A stretch of 64,000 nt of DNA from Octopus vulgaris. Lineage: Eukaryota. A model generated the notes under the pieces. That model had not been told where the DNA came from, ran no database searches, and worked only from the letters and a program-made list of their open reading frames with translations. Location of the stretch: assembly GCA_951406725.2 (NCBI GenBank), contig OX597818.1, positions 93,000,001 to 93,064,000 on the forward strand, written 5' to 3'. Of the stretch, positions 52,122 to 64,000 are shown in pieces (position 1 is the stretch's first letter; the number at the start of each line of letters is the position of its first letter). A program made the position numbers and the translations under genes.

Positions 52122-53678
52122 TCTATACAGGTATGGGTTAGACAAATATATTTTTGAGGTATGGCTTTACTGCTGGAGGCTTTTCCCATCACTAAACTTT
52201 GGTTTCAAGTATGACATCTCTTATTTCATTACGGAGTAAATGGAAGATGTGCATGTGTGCGCGCCTGTGTGTGTGCACAAACATACATATATACACAACA
52301 GTCTTCTTTCAGTTCCTCTCAACCAGATTCAGTCACAGAGGTTTGACCAGCCAAGTGACATATAGGAAAACATCTGCCTATGTTGCTGCACAGTGAGACT
52401 GAATACTGGTTGGGAAATTAACTTAATACAACCATGCTTGCATATATATATTACATACATTAATATATAATTGGAGCATGAAGTGCTTGCAAAATTGTAC
52501 TTGTAAACAAAGTCACTGTCATTTGCTTAATAAATATATATTTATGTTATGAAAACAGATCAAAATAGATCTGCAGGTTGAGCCACAGAGTTTTCAGCAG
52601 CTGAGGAGACAGAATTGACTAAGAGATTTGCTTTTGGCTCTGGATAAGTCATTGCCAGGATTCATATACTTCCCCATAAGCTCTGAGAGAATATAAGAAC
52701 ATTACTTTATGAATAATGTAAACATGATAAGGCTGGGCATGATCTTATTTACATATTTAATCTCCTGTATGCTGTGTCAGTCTTATGATGAATAAACACA
52801 CACAGCCAACTTTGAATTGCTCTGTTTGTCATGGACAGAACACAGTACCAGAGTACAAACTGACAAAACCATTTAAGCTTGTAGGATGAAAAGTTACAGC
52901 TGGCTGAAGCTCTAAGTTAAAAATTGTTATGTCAGCTCACAGCACAGCTTTTCTTTCTATGACTACTATTACGAATTAGATTCAGAAGGGATGAAACGAA
53001 AATGAATGCTACAATACCATGTTTCAATGGTAACTTTGAGGACATAAGTTGTTGGACAGAATTAACCGATTCAATCATAGACAGATCAAGTATTCATGTA
53101 ACTCCAAGAACAGTTGTCATGTCTTTTGTTTTAGAATACTTTTAGGTAGTACCACTTGGATAAATTTGTGTAGTATCAGTCATTCATTTTCCAGTCTAAC
53201 CAGAAATGGTAGTAACAGAATTAAAGTAGAGCTGCATTGTTAATAGTTCTGTTACATACCAGTTCCATTGAATGACCTGAACCTAACACTGGGACATGAG
53301 GTGTTGGTCATACAGCTACATGGTATTATCACATCTCCTGTTTTCATGGGTAGATAAGTATTGATTGTAGAGGTAGATATATGTCAGGTTGCTGTGATAT
53401 GTAACAATGGTAAATGGTAGCTAGGAATAGTCACAGGATAGTGCAGTAGCTGTAGTATATGGTAACTATATAAGTAGATCAGAGTGATGTGGTATGTAGC
53501 AGTGGTAGCCGGTTATTACAGAGGTAAAACAGGCTGATGTAGTCAGTAACAGTGGTAGATGGTAGAGGTAGGTCAGGGCAATATGGTAGATAGCAGCTAT
53601 GGGTTATAGACTAAGGTGGAGTAGCAGCTTATGCTGACTATGAAAAAGTCAGATCAAGATGATAAAAATATATAATAG

Positions 53679-54062
53679 GGGTGCAGGTTTGGGTATATGG
53701 TTAAGAAGCTTGCTTTCCAATAATGTGGTTTTGGGTTCAATCCCACTGTGTGGCACCTTGGGCAAGGGTCTTCTACAACAGCCCCAAGTCAAACAAAAAC
53801 TTGAGTGGATTCAGTAGACGGATAGATGGACACTGGAATAGACCATTGTATGTATGTTATGTCTGACCCCTACTATCACTACTGCTTGACAACCTGTGTT
53901 GTTTTGTTTACGTTCCCATAACTTAGTAGTACAACAAAAACAAAAAACAAGACCAATAAAACATCAAGTACTGTTGGCGATTTTTTCAACTAAACCCTTC
54001 AAGGTGGTGCCCCAGAATGGATGTTGTTCATTAAGAGAAACAAGTGAAGAATAAATGATAAA
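53679..54062 (+). mobile_element. Older SINE family A copy
   Basis: GGTTCAATCCCACTGTGTGGCACCTTGGGCAAG core plus tail. Confidence 0.75.
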
Positions 54063-55532
54063 AAGCGGCAACTCAGCAATTGAGCCAAAACATAACTAAG
54101 CCATCTCCAGGATAAAAATGCCAAGAGAAATCATCAGTAAGTACAATTCTGAGCAAAACAGAAAATAGGCCAACCACCAAGCAAGTCGAGTAATTCATGT
54201 AAATAAATAAAGACAGAAATGCAATAAAACATAAATCAAAAGAGATAGGTAAGGAGTTAGGTGGTTGAGGGTAGGGGTATGGATAGAACTGGCAGTAGTA
54301 GTGAATTCAGTTATGAAGGAAGATTAACAAATCAAATCTTATGTGTAACCTATATTTATTTACAAGTGTGTCTGACCTGAAATTTACTGAAAAAAAAATG
54401 AAAAAAGAAGTCAAAATAATTCATAGACAAATGAATCATCATCGTCATCATTTAATGTTTTTTCCAGGCTTGCATGCATGCAAACAGAATTTGTTTATGC
54501 AAATTTTCTATGATCAGATTCCAAAACCCTTCCTGTCATCATCTCTCACCCGTTTCCAAGAAAGGTAATGTTTTTCCATAGCTAGGTACGTTTCTTAACA
54601 GAAGAATAGAAATGAGCAATCTTCCTTGTATGACAATGTGGCTCATTTTTGACCATCATGTGATGTCTAGACAAGGTTACACACATATACACACATAAAA
54701 CAGGCTTTGTTTAATTTCCGTCTACTATATCCATTCACAAAGCTTTGGCCAGCCTAAGAATATAGTAGAAAACACATGCTCAAAGTGCTGAGCAGTAAGA
54801 CTGAACCCAAGACCATATGGTTGGGAAGCAAGCTTCTTAACTACACAACCAAGTCATGGAATAAAAATATTTTAGAGAGCATTGCAGTGGTGCTGACTAA
54901 CATAATTTGAGGTAAGAGGCATCTAAACCACCATCACCACCAAGACACCAGTTACATATTTCTACCACTGGAACCTTTATTTGGCTGGTAGATGCAACAC
55001 CAAACTGAGTTCAGATCTCAGCTGAGTCTTTCAACTTGTCAAGATCAATAAAATACATAGCATTCAAATAATTATGTTGATTTTAAATGAATTTGATTTA
55101 TTAAAGTGATGTCTTACCATAGCCACAGTCCAATGACTTACAATTTTCCTCTCCATCATGGTCTTCTACAGTTAACATAGCATTACTGAATATTCACACC
55201 ACTAAAGTGCTATTCTGACAATCCAAGGGAGCCTCAATAGTCACCCAACCTACTAGAAATTGCAGCTAAATCTCTCTAAAACCACACAACCATCTTAAAA
55301 CAAAATGCATTGGATGTGACTACAGTATGAAAAAAAAATAATAATAAATAAGACAAAAATTTGTAGGTCCTGATTTGAATACCTCTGACCTTAGTTCACA
55401 AGGTTTTAAAGTTAAACAATCCCCTTTACCCTGGTTACCATCTACTATCAATTTATAATGGCTAACTCAAATGAGGGAGGGTACTGTCCACAACCTTTTT
55501 TCAGCTTTCAAGATGTCAACAAAATATTTTCT

Positions 55533-55635
55533 CTATATATGATATTAAATATAAATATATAATATTAAATATTAATATTAAATATAAATATATACTATTA
55601 AATATGAATATTAAATATAAATATATAATATTTTT
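55533..55635. repeat. AT-only tandem/quasi-palindromic repeat
   Basis: Iterated ATATTAAATATAAATATAT units. Confidence 0.8.
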
Positions 55636-58007
55636 ATTTCAGTCGTCTTCAAACCAAAGACTTCCCACAAATCATTACAACAAAGTGGATTTTGCACAAG
55701 GTACCCAAGTGCCAGGTAGTGTTGTTGCAATGGATTAAGTTTACCAAGCAAGAATTGGAACGGTCACTCCAATTGGCTTCCAAATGGTTTCCATCAGCCA
55801 AATTTTACACATGGTTTGTTCTTCTATAGTAGGAATCAGCAAAGTGGTCAATAAACACTTGTAATCTTATTGCTCTTTTTCAATTTCATAATGAAATTAA
55901 ATTTCTTTAAATATTTCTTATCAAAAAGTAGTACAACACAAAAGAATGAAGAAATTATTGTTTATAAGTTAAGAGATTTTGTATTAATTATACTTTTTTT
56001 AGAAACTTACATGATAGGAGTTAATAAGTTATCAACAATTCCATGGCGGGTGGGGTCTATGAGATAAGAACTCTGCTGATCCCTGTTCTAGAGTCATCAA
56101 AACAATCAACTAGTTACATTCTAATTCTTATCAAATGCTTCATTGTGATAACTTCATGACAGAACATGTTTCTAAAAGCATCCATACCACCACCATAATA
56201 TTTTTGTACCTTCTTCTTAACCAATGTCCAGCTTTATATAAAATACCCTGAGAATGAAGAGATTACAGTTTGAAATTAAAGCTGTCTGGGTAGAGATAAG
56301 AATACAGTGTTAGATGTTTGTTAGGGGTTTACATGAAAACAGTCAGGTAGCGTAGTCAATAGCAAAAACACTACAACCAACAATGATTTCATCACCACAA
56401 CCCACCCCATCTAATATCACTGCTGCTAAAATCAGCCCCCACTTATGCCAAACCTTTTCCCTTTACTACCAGATTACCCAACAGCACAAACATTACACTA
56501 TACAAATAACATAATGAATATAAACATTCATACACATACGCTGTTTGAAAACTATCATCATCATTTTAACATCCTCTTTTCCAGGCTTATACCAAATGAA
56601 ACAGAATTCATTAAGACACGTTTTCCTTGGTTAACTGCTCTCCTTGTTGCCACTCCTCAACTGTTCCCAAGCAAGATATTTCCCTATGGTTGGACATGTT
56701 TTCACAGAAGGTTGGTAACAAAGGACCACCACTTGTATGATAGCAATGTTTATTTTACTGCTATAATATGACACCAAGAAGGAAACACAAACATAGCTAC
56801 CTATGCACACATACACACACACAGAATTGGGCTATAGCAGACTGTGCTTGTGTCCTTTTGTCTCAACATCCCACAACAGTTGTAAAACAAGCATCACCAT
56901 CATACGAGCAGTGTCAATTTCTAATCTCCTGTGCAAACATGTCCAGCCAAAGAAAAACTTCATCACTGCAAGGAAACAGATGAGGACTGATGACAGGAAG
57001 GACATTTGGCCATAGAAAATCAGCCTCTACAAATCATAAAACACAATCAATATCATGTCAATTAACTTCAAAATGCACCAATATGTAAATATGATCAAAC
57101 CAAGTAAAACAGGCATGAACACTTATTTCATACTAAATACACCCCATGTGCGTTTCCGCATAGAATGATAAATATCTGCCTTCTTTTTGTTTTGTTTATA
57201 GACAGTAACTAGATTTTAAGATTAGAGGTGATATATATCAATGCAGGGCAACCTTATACTGGTGAGGTATGTGAAGGGGTAGATATCAGGTTTCAGACTG
57301 TGATCCTTTCACCTGAGTTTTGTTTTGAAAGCTTGAGGAAATCTCTGAGGGAAAGCTTTTATTACAGCCATTTTGCAATGCTAGTCTGTTTTGCATATAT
57401 TAGGTCCTTAATGAGACACTGTTTTATAGTGGATGCCCTTCCAGTCACTAACTATTTCCTGTTTTCCAAAATCTCTTAATTCAAACATTTTTGAAAGGCA
57501 CAAAGTGAACAGAATTTGTTTACAAGCGACAACATCACTTACAGCTTCCGACTTTTGTAGAGCATAAATACATGCACACACAAGCTTCTTTCAGTTTCTG
57601 CCAAACAAATTCATTCAGAAGATCTTGGTTGGCTTGTTGATTTAAGTAGGAAAAAACTTGCCTAAAGCACAGAACAATAGGACTGAACCCCAAACCATGT
57701 GGTTGGGCAACAAAACTCCTAACCACACAGCCACACCTGCACCTAATAATTAATAGTAAAATGATTATCTACATTTAGTCAGATACACTGAGTTAAGCCA
57801 AGACAATCCAATTGGCTTCAGTTAAATTTGAAACGATAGCCATGTAATCGCTAGCCTACCACTTTAATCCCATGAAAATAACATTTTACTCTACATAAAT
57901 CAAATTCCTACACAACTTAGTCTGTCTCTACTGCAGTCCTTGCTAAAATTCTAGGTTGGTAAGAAACAAAATATGAAGTTAATGTAACACAAGCTGTCTG
58001 TCTGATA

Positions 58008-58252
58008 GACTACACCTTACATGACACAAATAACACGACTCTGGTACCACACACGATTGAAACAATACATATTAATATGTCTGATCTCCCAAAAATGTGT
58101 TTAGAGGTAGGCCACTTAACAGAAGCACGGGACTGACTACACCTAACATGACGCAAGTAACACACCTTTGGCCCCCACACACAATTGAAACAATTTAATA
58201 TGTTGCATCTCTTAAATAGCTAAGTTTAGTGGTGGGCTACTTAGCAAAAGCA
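58008..58252 (+). repeat. Diverged tandem duplication, period about 127 bp
   Basis: GACTACACCT...ATTGAAACAAT...CTT.A.AAGCA at 58008-58127 and 58135-58252. Confidence 0.75.
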
Positions 58253-58387
58253 TAATTAACACTATTACAAATTAGAATTAACACCTGTAGCCACGATCAC
58301 TTTCAATTGTCTCATTAGTGGTGAAATAATATGCAACAGCCATTACAAGCCATTTAAATTTTTGTTTATAAATTGTCATATGTGAAG

Positions 58388-58767
58388 GCATGGCTGTGTG
58401 GTAAGAAGTTTGCTTCCCAACCACATGGTTTCAGGTTCTGTCCCATTGTGTGGCACTTTGGATAAGTGTTTTCTATAGCCCCAGGCCAACCAAAGTGTTG
58501 TGAGTGCATTAGATAGAAACTAAAAGAAACCTGTCACGTGAGTGGGTGTGTGTGTGACTCAGTGTTTGCACTCCCACTCCCACCACTTGATAACTTGTGT
58601 TGGTTTGTTTACATCCCTGCAACTTAATGATTTCGCAAAAAGGGAATGACAGAATAAATGCCAGGCTTAAAAAAGGATAAGCACTGAGATTGATTTGATT
58701 GACTAAAACTTTTCAAGGCAGTGCCTCAGCATGGTCACAGCCCAATGACTGAAACAAGTGAAAGATA
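58388..58767 (+). mobile_element. Older SINE family A copy
   Basis: Head GGCATGGCTGTGTGGTAAG and tail GACTGAAACAAGTGAAAGAT. Confidence 0.8.
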
Positions 58768-59655
58768 TACATAATGCACAGTGATTTATTATCAGTTGGC
58801 AGATTTCACTACACCTACGTGTCAGCAAACAACTTAGTCCACTAAATTATAAACAAGAGTTCTTGTCAGATTCATTAGTCTGGAGTGCCTCTGACTGATG
58901 AGACACAATGATGCCGAAACACTGGCTATCTCAGAGTCCTTTGTGCTCATGAATCGAATGTGTTATGAACACATTCATCATAAAGGAAAATTTGTGGTCC
59001 TGTGACAAAACACAATAGCAATTGGGATATCTGCATTCAAATCTGTCCAAATGTATTAAGAATGAACATGCAAGTCATTGTTAATTTTTCTTATCACTTC
59101 AAGACATCGGTCTAACATGATCAAAGTAGAATAAAGACTAGCACCACTCATTACTCACACCAATTCCTTTTTAGAGCTAAGAAACATAAGAAAATTCCTC
59201 AAATCCTACCTGAATGTTTGAGCATCTTAGTACAACAACCCTACAGACACACACACTCCTGTATATTAACAGTTTTAAGAAGGATGGGTAACAAACAAAA
59301 AGTATCTCTCCTTTACAGAGAAGTTTTAACCGTAGATGGATGTGCATGCACATGTGTGTGTGTGTGTGTGTGTGTGTAGTAACTGTTCCAGCTGCTGCTA
59401 GCATTATTTATATCATAGACATACCAACATTTACTGGACTTATTTTTCAAACAACAGATGTCCCAACATATTGGAAGCTTTTTCCTCTAAATCACTGGTT
59501 GTCTAGCACAATTAATATAAAACATAACTACCAAGGTAAACATCAGTTATGTCTAAAGCATATTCAACTATTGTGTTTTGTCTGGTAGATATACCAATAC
59601 TTTTTTTTATTATATTTTATAATAGGCCAGAATCACTTAACAGACAAAATGCCAC

Positions 59656-60040
59656 TTATTTTTTTATTGCCCACAAGGGGCTAAACATAGAGAGGATAAA
59701 GGGATTAAGTCGATTACATTGACTCCAGTGCATAACTGGTACTTAATTTATCAACCCCTGAAAGGATGAAAGGCGAAGTCGACCTCGGCAGGATTTGAAC
59801 TCAGAATGTAATGGCAGACGAAATACCTATTTCTTTACTACCCACAAGGGGCTAAACAAGGACAGACAAATGGATTAAGTCGATTATATTGACCCCAGTG
59901 CATAACTGGTACTTAATTTATCGACCCCAAAGAGATGAAAGGCAAAGTCGACCTCGGCAGGATTTGAACTCAAAACATAAAGGCAGACGAAATACCACTA
60001 AGCATTTCGTCCAGCGTGCTAATGTTTCTGCCAGCTCACC
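59656..60040 (-). mobile_element. SINE family B, one full copy plus a tandem 3' partial copy
   Basis: CCCACAAGGGGCTAAACA occurs at 59670 and 59841. Reverse complement of the 48251 copy. Confidence 0.88.
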
Positions 60041-61115
60041 ACTTGGCATTTTATGTACCTTTGTACTTCTTTTTTTATTTTATTTTCCTTTCTGAATCTG
60101 GAAGAAATAACTCTGCTCATGCTCTTGCAGGCCCTTCAAGATCAATGAGGATGTTATTGTTAAAGTTAAAATGTTGCAAATTAACATCTGCCAGAAAGTC
60201 ATGAGCTAGGAAGTGATTTCAAAAAGTTCTGAGGAGAAAGGACTGATCATAGCAATTAGTTCTGGGCCGTGGTTAGGAGATCTGCAATACTGGTGATGAA
60301 GTGGAGAGACGAGTGGGTCAGGATGCCTATATGGTGAGGGTAAAAGGCCGGCAGGCTCCAGAGTGATGAGGCCATTACAGTAGCAACAGACAAGACTGAG
60401 AGAAGAAACAACACACTTGTGGGTCAGAAGGTGGGCATTAGTGATTTACTGCCACTCAGTCAAGGGGCCCTTGTCTGAATGCATTCTAGAATGTCTGAAA
60501 GCAACCCAGAGTGTGTAGTAACAATATCACCCCAGATGTAGGTATAGGGCTCAGATGAGCCATGTAGGGTGTCAGTAGTTCTTGGGAGCTGAAATCTCTT
60601 CTGGCTCCAAAGAGAAAAGGTAAGTCTCTGGTGTGCAGTCATTTTAGGTTCAAATTCTGCCAAAATTGATAAAGAAAATACCAGGAATGTACTGATGTTG
60701 ATATAGGCATCTATATTTAAAAACTTTTGCCTATATTATAAATTACACATACACACAGGGATGGGGCTCTCTTGCCAGCTTCAGTCAAGTCAAATGTCCT
60801 GCTAAGACAGACAAATCTTGTCTCAAATAGCTGAGAGTTAATAGAACAGAATGCACAACACATGGAACAGCCAGACCGACATGAAACAAATTACTTTGTT
60901 TCAACATATGTGGGACCCTTTTGATGGGAGGGGCAGTGCTAGTGGAATATAACCTATGAGGTCTTTGTTACTTCGTATGTTTTATTGGCACAAGTTTCAC
61001 TGGTTAGTTCAAACATAGATGATCCTATATATACAACAAAAACAACAGCAGCAACTGTATGAATTCGCTCAATAATAATATTCTTACTGAGTCACCATCA
61101 TAACTTCAGCATATA

Positions 61116-61500
61116 GACGTAGGAGTGGCTGTGTGGTAAGTAGCTTGCTAACCAACCACATGGTTCTGGGTTCAGTCCCACTGCGTGGCATCTTGGGCAA
61201 GTGTCTTCTGCTATAGCCCCAGGCCGACCAATGCCTTGTGAGTGGATTTGGTAGACGGAAACTGAAAGAAGCCTGTCGTATATATGTATGTGTGTGTGTG
61301 TGTTTGTCCCCCTAGCATTGCTTGACAACCGATGCTGGTGTGTTTACGTCCCTGTCACTTAGCTGTTCGGCAAAAGAGACCGATAGAATAAGTACTGGGC
61401 TTACAAAGAATAAGTCCCGGGGTCGAGTTGCTCGACTAAAGGCGGTGCTCCAGCATGGCCGCAGTCAAATGACTGAAACAAATAAAAGAGTAAAAGAGTA
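61116..61500 (+). mobile_element. Young SINE family A
   Basis: Near-identical to the 4944 copy. Confidence 0.92.
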
Positions 61501-62501
61501 TATGTTTGGATTATTTCTCTTCATTTCATTCCCCTCATATTCTAACATTCTGTAAGATATTCACCCAAAGGGACACTAACTGGACCCTTTAGACAATCAA
61601 CTGGCCAACAAAATGCAACCATTAATTCTCACAACAATTAGCTCTTACACCATCTTTCTTAAGAATATCACAATCCTCTATTCTAAAAATACAAAATAGC
61701 TTGGCTCGATAACCAACAAGATAATCGCAAAGATTACTCCTACCCACTCTATTTAGCTTATGTCATGTTCCTGGGACAACTTTAACTCAATGGCCTAGTG
61801 TATTTAAGTGAAAAGACTACCTTGGTATAATGATGAGAGATAAATCTCTCACAAATTACACACGATACTCATAAAAATAAAGGGAGATACATTGGCTAAT
61901 GTAGACTAATAAGATGTTGGAAAAGATGAGGTGGTCATTGCTCATTTACTTCTGGCCAGGTCTGATTAACCAGGCCTTACCTAGGGTTAAACAACAACAA
62001 TGGTTGAACACAAGTATTTGGTATTCTAGACAGTTGGGTTTTCTCTCCAACGTTTAACCAGCCCCCTCAATATCCCATACACCTGCTGTAACAGAGCTGA
62101 TAGGTGGGGTGGGTGGGGGGGGGGGGTCACTCAAGGAAAGCTGCAGATTTTCAAGTAAAGTAGACAGATATGACACCATGATGTGATAAATTTAAAATTA
62201 CAACAGGATCTTAAGTCTGGAAAACTTCCAAAAATAGCAACACGCAAACACCAGGTGATATGTATTAAATACAGATCAGAAAAAGAGAGAGGAGAAAAAC
62301 GGACAGATTTGCCATTTTTATTTTACTCCTCACAGAACTAACACCATGCTGGAGCACTCTCTTCGAAGGTTTTAGTCAATCATAGCAACCTTAGTTCTTA
62401 TTTCAGGCGTTCATCACTATTTGCCAGTTATGGAAGATAAGAACATAAAGGAACAATAATACATACAGAAAAACATATATATGTCAAATTATTCAATATA
62501 T

Positions 62502-62897
62502 AGGCATAGGAGTGGCTGTGTGGTAAGTAGCTTGCTTGCAAACCACATGGTTCTGGGTTCAGTCCCACTGCGTGGCACCTTGGGCAAGTGTCTTCTGCTA
62601 TAGCCTCGGGCTGACCAAAGCCTTGTGAGTGGATTTGGTAGACAGAAACTGAAAGAAGCCTATCGTATATATGTATATATACGTATATATGTGTGTGTGT
62701 CTGTGTTTGTCCCCCCCAACATCGCTTGACAACCAATGCTGGTGTGTTTACGTCCCCATAACTTAGCAGTTCAGCAAAAGAGACTGATAGAATAAGCACT
62801 AGGCTTGCAAAGAATAAGTCATGCAGTCAATTTGCTCGACTAAAGGCAGTGCTCCAGCATGGCCACAGTCAAATGACTGAAACAAGTAAAAGAGTAT
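62502..62897 (+). mobile_element. Young SINE family A
   Basis: Near-identical to the 7650 copy. Confidence 0.92.
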
Positions 62898-63771
62898 AAG
62901 CAAAACTTTTACCAATATAATATAAGTGTCATCAAAAAACCAGATGTTGCACTTTCTATCTAAGATGCACTGTGTTAAAAAACAATATATTTCAGAGCTA
63001 GGTGAAACGAAATCACCACCTAAGTCACTACAAGTGTGATTTAGAAAGTAATACAAATAAAAACTGCATTTCTGACTCACCCTCGTATTTCACCATAGTG
63101 TACTCCTGACGCTTGTGAAACAAAATCAAATCAGCCTGTCTGATATATACAGTGATAATGTATCAACTATACACTGATTTGCAAAGGCACAACATAAACA
63201 GAATAAAATTTCAATTTAGATGAAAACTGGACATGCGTTGTGTGTAAAGACAGGTTTCCACACAGTTTTTATCAGACAGTTCCCCACAAAAATACTATGT
63301 AGTGGAATTTAACTTGGTAGTGAAGCAAACTTCTTCATTACACACCTATGTTTGAATCTAGATTTGATTACATTTCTGTTCAATACAAATATCAAGTAAA
63401 TAAGAGAAAATGATCAATGGTTATGCAGTTGACTACAGTTAGCAAGATTTAATCTGGGAAACAAAAGGCATCTAGACTGCCTGGGAAAATTGAGCCAGAG
63501 AAAGTGAAGTAGTTCCAAGTGATATAGATGATATTATCTATGTGGTGTAATGGGGTATGTATAAAACATCATTTTAACATCTGCATTTCTATACCTGCAT
63601 GGATCAGATGGAAGTTATTGAAGCAGATTTCCTATGGCTGGACACACTTGCTTATTACCGACACTTGTTTCCAAACAAAGTAACATCTTCCTATGGCCAG
63701 ATATATTTTCATAATATTGAAAATGATCGGCACTATTTCTATCAGTGACACTTGTTAACAACTACTATATT

Positions 63772-64000
63772 TTCTTATTTCTTTACTACCCACAAGGGGC
63801 TACACACAGAGGGGACAACCAAGGACAGACAAACGGATTAAGTCGATTACATCAACCCCAGTGTGTAACTGGTACTTATTTAATCAACCCCGAAAGGATG
63901 AAAGGCAAAGTCGACCTCAGAAGGATTTGAACTCAGAATGTAACAGCAGACAAAATATCGCTAAGCATTTCGCCCGGTGTGCTAACGATTCTGCCACCTC
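63772..64000 (-). mobile_element. SINE family B, running off the window end
   Basis: Reverse complement of the 48251 copy. Confidence 0.9.

Noticed and set aside
62102-62126. G-run with G-quadruplex potential
   Set aside because: A simple homopolymer tract with no supporting context.
4856-62799. Recurrent short ORFs of the YDRLLSVSVYQIHSQG...CPRCHAVGLNPEPCGW type
   Set aside because: They are antisense translations of family A SINE copies, not a gene family.

Overview
Eukaryotic, AT-rich, repeat-saturated DNA. The SINE families look like those of coleoid cephalopods (Octopus); this is recognition from memory, not a database search. Most of the window looks intronic. One protein-coding exon is well supported: 12106-12270 on the minus strand (165 nt, phase 0-0), encoding the N-terminal part of a PH domain most like pleckstrin/pleckstrin-2. 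A 14-codon ATG-initiated segment at 39619-39660 fits the missing pleckstrin first exon in length and register, but it lies on the opposite (+) strand and has a weak donor. The rest is tRNA-derived SINEs of several families, TTAA-flanked (piggyBac-type), hAT-type and pogo-type MITEs, decayed LINE remnants, microsatellites and a SINE-born minisatellite. Several local templated duplications and fold-backs stand out: a 137-nt inverted repeat bracketing the PH exon, a 79-bp-stem fold-back and a perfect 61-bp-stem hairpin. Almost all supplied ORFs are spurious read-throughs of repeats. No rRNA, real tRNA gene or CRISPR array was found.
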